Shown one piece after another: positions 47,333-50,397 of a stretch of 50,397 nt of DNA. The position numbers were made by a program, and so were the translations under genes. Under the pieces are notes generated by a model. It did not search any database. It worked only from the letters and a program-made list of their open reading frames with translations, and was not told the DNA's origin. The stretch comes from Gemmatimonadales bacterium (lineage in GTDB: Bacteria > Gemmatimonadota > Gemmatimonadetes > Longimicrobiales > Gaopeijiaceae), in contig JBFYZE010000088.1 in NCBI GenBank assembly GCA_041309665.1, forward strand, positions 1 to 50,397, written 5' to 3'. Within the stretch, counting starts at the first letter, position 1, and the number at the start of each line of letters is the position of its first letter.

Positions 47333-48439
47333 ATGGGTCTCCTGCGGGAAGGGCAGAGCATCCGCGGCACCTACGAGGTCGAGCGCCTCGTGGGAGAGGG
47401 CGCCTTCGCGGAGGTCTACCGGGTCCGGCACCGCTTCCTGGGCCGCCAGGCCATGAAGGTCTTCAAGACGGTGGGGATGACCGTCGCGGAGATCGAGGAC
47501 ATGCTGGGCGAGGCCATCCTGTTGTCGCGGATAGGCCACCCGAACCTGATCCGCGTGTTCGACGCGAACACCACCGATACGTCCCGGGGGATCTGCGGGT
47601 TCTTCACCACCGAGTACATCGCCGGGGGAAGCCTGGAGCAGTTCTGGCGTTCTCACGGCACCAACCTCGTCCCCGTGGAGACCGCGGTGGAGATCGCGCG
47701 GCAGGTATGCCGGGGCCTCGCCGTCGCCCACGGCGAGGACCCGCCCATCATCCACCGGGACATCAAGCCCCAGAACATACTCATCGGCTACGAGGGGGAC
47801 GGCCTCCGCGCCCGCGTGTGCGACTTCGGCCTGGCCAAGCGCGTGAACCCGCTCACCATGCTGGCCAGCACCCGCGGAACGCGATCGTTCAAGGCACCCG
47901 AGGCATTCCTCGACCCGCAGAGCGATTCGTGCGCCGGCGACGTGTGGGCCGTGGGCTCGACGCTTTACCTCCTGCTCACCGACCGGCTCCCGCTGGCGGA
48001 GGGGGGCGAGCTCGACGTGTTGGATCCGTCCCGCTTCGACCGCCCGGTGATCCCTCCGAGCCGCTTGAATCTCAAGGTGGACCCCCTCCTCGACCAGATC
48101 ATCCTGCGCGCGTTGGCGCTGCGCCCCGACGAGCGGTATCCGCGGGCCCAGCAGATGCTGGCGGACCTGGATGCGTGGCGCCCCGGGACCGCCGCCACGC
48201 CGGGGAGGCCCAAGGAGCGCGTGTCGTCGGAGACCTCCAAAGTGGCGCTGGGCGCGCACACACCCCCGGACGAAGCAGAAGCGCGCAAGCTGGTGGAGCG
48301 TGCGCTCGCCCTCGCCTCCAAGCCGGGGCAGCTCGGCGAGGCGGCGGACCTCATGGAGGAGGCCATCAACCGCTGGCCGGACATCCGGGCGGAGCATGAG
48401 TACAGGCTGAAGTTGTGGCGCCGGGGCCTCGCCATGTGA
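47333..48439 (+). CDS. Hanks-type serine/threonine protein kinase (soluble, short helical C-tail)
   Basis: G-loop is GEGAFAEV. VAIK-like Lys is in QAMKV. Catalytic loop is HRDIKPQNIL. DFG is present and the APE-like motif is KAPE. Confidence 0.9.
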   Translation: MGLLREGQSIRGTYEVERLVGEGAFAEVYRVRHRFLGRQAMKVFKTVGMTVAEIEDMLGEAILLSRIGHPNLIRVFDANTTDTSRGICGFFTTEYIAGGSLEQFWRSHGTNLVPVETAVEIARQVCRGLAVAHGEDPPIIHRDIKPQNILIGYEGDGLRARVCDFGLAKRVNPLTMLASTRGTRSFKAPEAFLDPQSDSCAGDVWAVGSTLYLLLTDRLPLAEGGELDVLDPSRFDRPVIPPSRLNLKVDPLLDQIILRALALRPDERYPRAQQMLADLDAWRPGTAATPGRPKERVSSETSKVALGAHTPPDEAEARKLVERALALASKPGQLGEAADLMEEAINRWPDIRAEHEYRLKLWRRGLAM

Positions 48440-48482
48440 CGCACGGCACACGGGCGGGGAAGAAGCACAAAGCGAGGGATTG

Positions 48483-50397
48483 ATGACGAGCAGCAGCGTG
48501 AAGTGCCCGCGGTGCGGGTCCGACGACACCTCCCTTTCCGTAAGCATCAAGCTCGGCTCGGGGGGGGCGGACCCAGGCCTCTCCATCGACCGCATCACCT
48601 GCAAGAGCTGCGGCTTCGACCTCCCGCTGGACGGCCTGAGTGGCCCGGCGGCACAGGCGCTCCTGACGGCCATGCGGACCGACCAGCCCGCGACGCCCTC
48701 CACGTCGCACGCGCCGACGCCTCCTCCGCTGCCGAGGGACTTCGAGCCCATCACCGTGGCCGGCCCCGGGGCCCCCGCGGTCGCGGCCCCCGAGGAGACC
48801 TCGTCAGCGCTCGACGCCCTTCCCGCCGCGAGCGGCGAGTCCGACATCCTCCTCGAGGTCGCCAGCCCGGAGATCTACCGTCGCAACGCCTTCCGGGTGA
48901 CCGGCCTCTCGGTGGACGCGTCCACGCGGGATCTCGACCGAGCGTCCGAGAAGCTCCGCATGATAGAGAAATTCGGGGGCGGGGCTTCCCGTTCCGGAGG
49001 TCCCCTACCGCTCGACCCGCCCCCGGGCGCGGACGAGTTGCGCGCGGCCGTGCAACGACTGCACGACCCCGAGGGCCGCCTCGTGGACGAGCTCTTCTGG
49101 TTCTGGCCCGAGGAGCTGGGCCGGAGCCAGCTTGACGCCGCCCTCGCCGCCCTCGGCCGGGGGGACCTGCCCGGTGCCGAGCGCGCCTGGAAGGACCGGG
49201 AGCGGGAGGGGACGGTGGCCAGCATCTCCACCCACAATCTGGCCGTCCTCGCCCATGCCCAGGCGCTGGACCTGGAGCTCGGCGGCGCTGGCGGGAACGC
49301 CAGGGCGGGCGAGCGAGACCGCCTCTGGCGCGAATCCCTCAGGCGCTGGCTGATGGTCCTCCGCGAGGAGGCGTTCTGGGATCGGGTGGAGGCGCGGGTC
49401 CGGGAGCTGGACGACCCACGGCTCACCCGTGGGAGCGTGCTCCGCATGCGCAGCACGCTGCCCAAGGCGCTGCTGGGCATCAGCGCGCAACTCGCGCTGG
49501 CCGCCGCGGAGCATGGCGACCTGGAGAACGCGCGCCGCCACGTGGAGCACATGCGCTCGGCGGGCTTCGACGCCGCCCTGGTGGACGAAGCGCTTCGGAG
49601 CGTCCTCGATCCACAGCTGAGCCGCCTACGCATGCTCGCGAAGCGGGCCGAGGAGGAGGGCGACGCCGACGCAGAGCACGCCGACGCCTGCGCCCGGCGC
49701 CTCATGGAGCAGGCACCGCCTCTCCTCGCCGTGGTGGACGCCCTCCTGGAACCAGGGCACCCCGCCCGAGCCACCATCCACGACGAGGTGGCGCTGCACC
49801 TCCTCGGCTGCCAGATCACGCACGGCAACAAGACGGGCGAGTGGCAGAAGTCCATCGCGGTGCTGCTCCCGGCCCTGGACATCGTCGAGGGCGACGCGGC
49901 GCGCGCCCGCATCGAGCAGAACCTCACCGTGGTGCGCGGCAACGAGGAGCTCCGCCACGTCTGGGGAACCTGCTGGTTCTGCAAGGAAGAGCGGCCTGTC
50001 GAGTCAGCGGCCATCAACGTGAACATGTTCGGGGAGGTGGAGCGCACGCCCACCTTCCAGGGCACGCGTATCACATGGCGGAAGGGGACCATCGGCGTGC
50101 CGAGGTGCGCGAAGTGCGAGGAATCGCACCTGACCGACTTCCTCTGGTATCTCTGGTTCCCGCTGTCCTCTCTGATGCCGTACATCTTCATGCCTGCGGC
50201 ATGGATCCGCTTCGTGCCCCGCTTCAAGAGGTACCCGACGCCGGCCATGGGGGCGTTGTTGGGATTCTCCTTGGCGATGCTGTTGTTCCTCGGCGCGGTC
50301 GGGGCCTTGGGGACGGCTGACGCCAGTCGCGCGGCGAGGGCCCACAACGAGGCCGTGGCAGCCAAGTGGGCGGGGCAGTCGAGCCTGGGGCAGATCC
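48483..50397 (+). CDS. Large multidomain protein, 3'-partial: Zn-ribbon, Pro-rich linker, degenerate J-domain-like module, helical repeats, second Zn-ribbon, TM helices
   Basis: My own translation from ATG 48483 (GAGGG SD 4 nt upstream) stays open for at least 638 codons to the window end. GC3-rich. It is not in the ORF track because there is no in-window stop. Key segments are KCPRCG..CKSCG, NAFRVTGLSVDASTRDL..RLHDPEGR, CWFCK..CAKCE, FLWYLWFPLSSLMPYIFMPAAWI and ALLGFSLAMLLFLGAVGALG. Confidence 0.7.
   Translation, partial: MTSSSVKCPRCGSDDTSLSVSIKLGSGGADPGLSIDRITCKSCGFDLPLDGLSGPAAQALLTAMRTDQPATPSTSHAPTPPPLPRDFEPITVAGPGAPAVAAPEETSSALDALPAASGESDILLEVASPEIYRRNAFRVTGLSVDASTRDLDRASEKLRMIEKFGGGASRSGGPLPLDPPPGADELRAAVQRLHDPEGRLVDELFWFWPEELGRSQLDAALAALGRGDLPGAERAWKDREREGTVASISTHNLAVLAHAQALDLELGGAGGNARAGERDRLWRESLRRWLMVLREEAFWDRVEARVRELDDPRLTRGSVLRMRSTLPKALLGISAQLALAAAEHGDLENARRHVEHMRSAGFDAALVDEALRSVLDPQLSRLRMLAKRAEEEGDADAEHADACARRLMEQAPPLLAVVDALLEPGHPARATIHDEVALHLLGCQITHGNKTGEWQKSIAVLLPALDIVEGDAARARIEQNLTVVRGNEELRHVWGTCWFCKEERPVESAAINVNMFGEVERTPTFQGTRITWRKGTIGVPRCAKCEESHLTDFLWYLWFPLSSLMPYIFMPAAWIRFVPRFKRYPTPAMGALLGFSLAMLLFLGAVGALGTADASRAARAHNEAVAAKWAGQSSLGQI

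Noticed and set aside
48875-50365. Minus-strand 496-aa ORF at the right end (and 47132..48847 minus-strand over the kinase)
   Set aside because: The translation is Ser/Arg/Ala-rich. It is exactly antisense to an open plus-strand frame with Zn-ribbon and TM features and an SD-preceded ATG. I treat it as a shadow ORF.

Overview
This is a very GC-rich bacterial chromosomal segment. Codon third positions are almost always G/C, so nearly every real gene casts long antisense or off-frame shadow ORFs in the track. About 45 genes can be supported.

Contents from left to right:
- A complete alternative complex III operon, actABCDEF, on the minus strand and translationally coupled.
- A tightly coupled plus-strand operon: moxR, DUF58, transglutaminase, unknown, mscS, unknown.
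- An ADOP/MacB-type duplicated-FtsX permease bracketed by two copies of a ~95-nt structured repeat.
- An ABC-2 exporter pair and an orphan AbrB-fold protein.
- A LuxC/LuxE-like acyl reductase/synthetase pair.
- A DUF5916-type outer-membrane protein and gdhA.
- A minus-strand operon: small coiled-coil protein, D-aminoacylase, double pseudo-receiver PEP/pyruvate-binding protein, rsmD.
- Four type II toxin-antitoxin modules (three with PIN toxins), interleaved with a sortilin/BNR protein, a decayed metallophosphoesterase, ygfZ-like and SirB1-like genes, a small OMP and a DUF4143 ATPase.
- selD, which is a selenoprotein here. It has an in-frame UGA and a SECIS-like hairpin, and the ORF track shows only the part after the UGA.
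- A divergent module of a polytopic membrane protein, a Hanks Ser/Thr kinase and a large Zn-ribbon / J-like / helical / Zn-ribbon / TM protein. The last gene runs off the right edge and is absent from the ORF track, which shows only its antisense shadow.

I saw no rRNA, tRNA, CRISPR array, transposase or integrase. The taxon is inference only: the combination of ACIII, an ADOP permease and very high GC fits Gemmatimonadota or Acidobacteriota-like bacteria.

All calls come from reading the translations and motifs. No database search was run.
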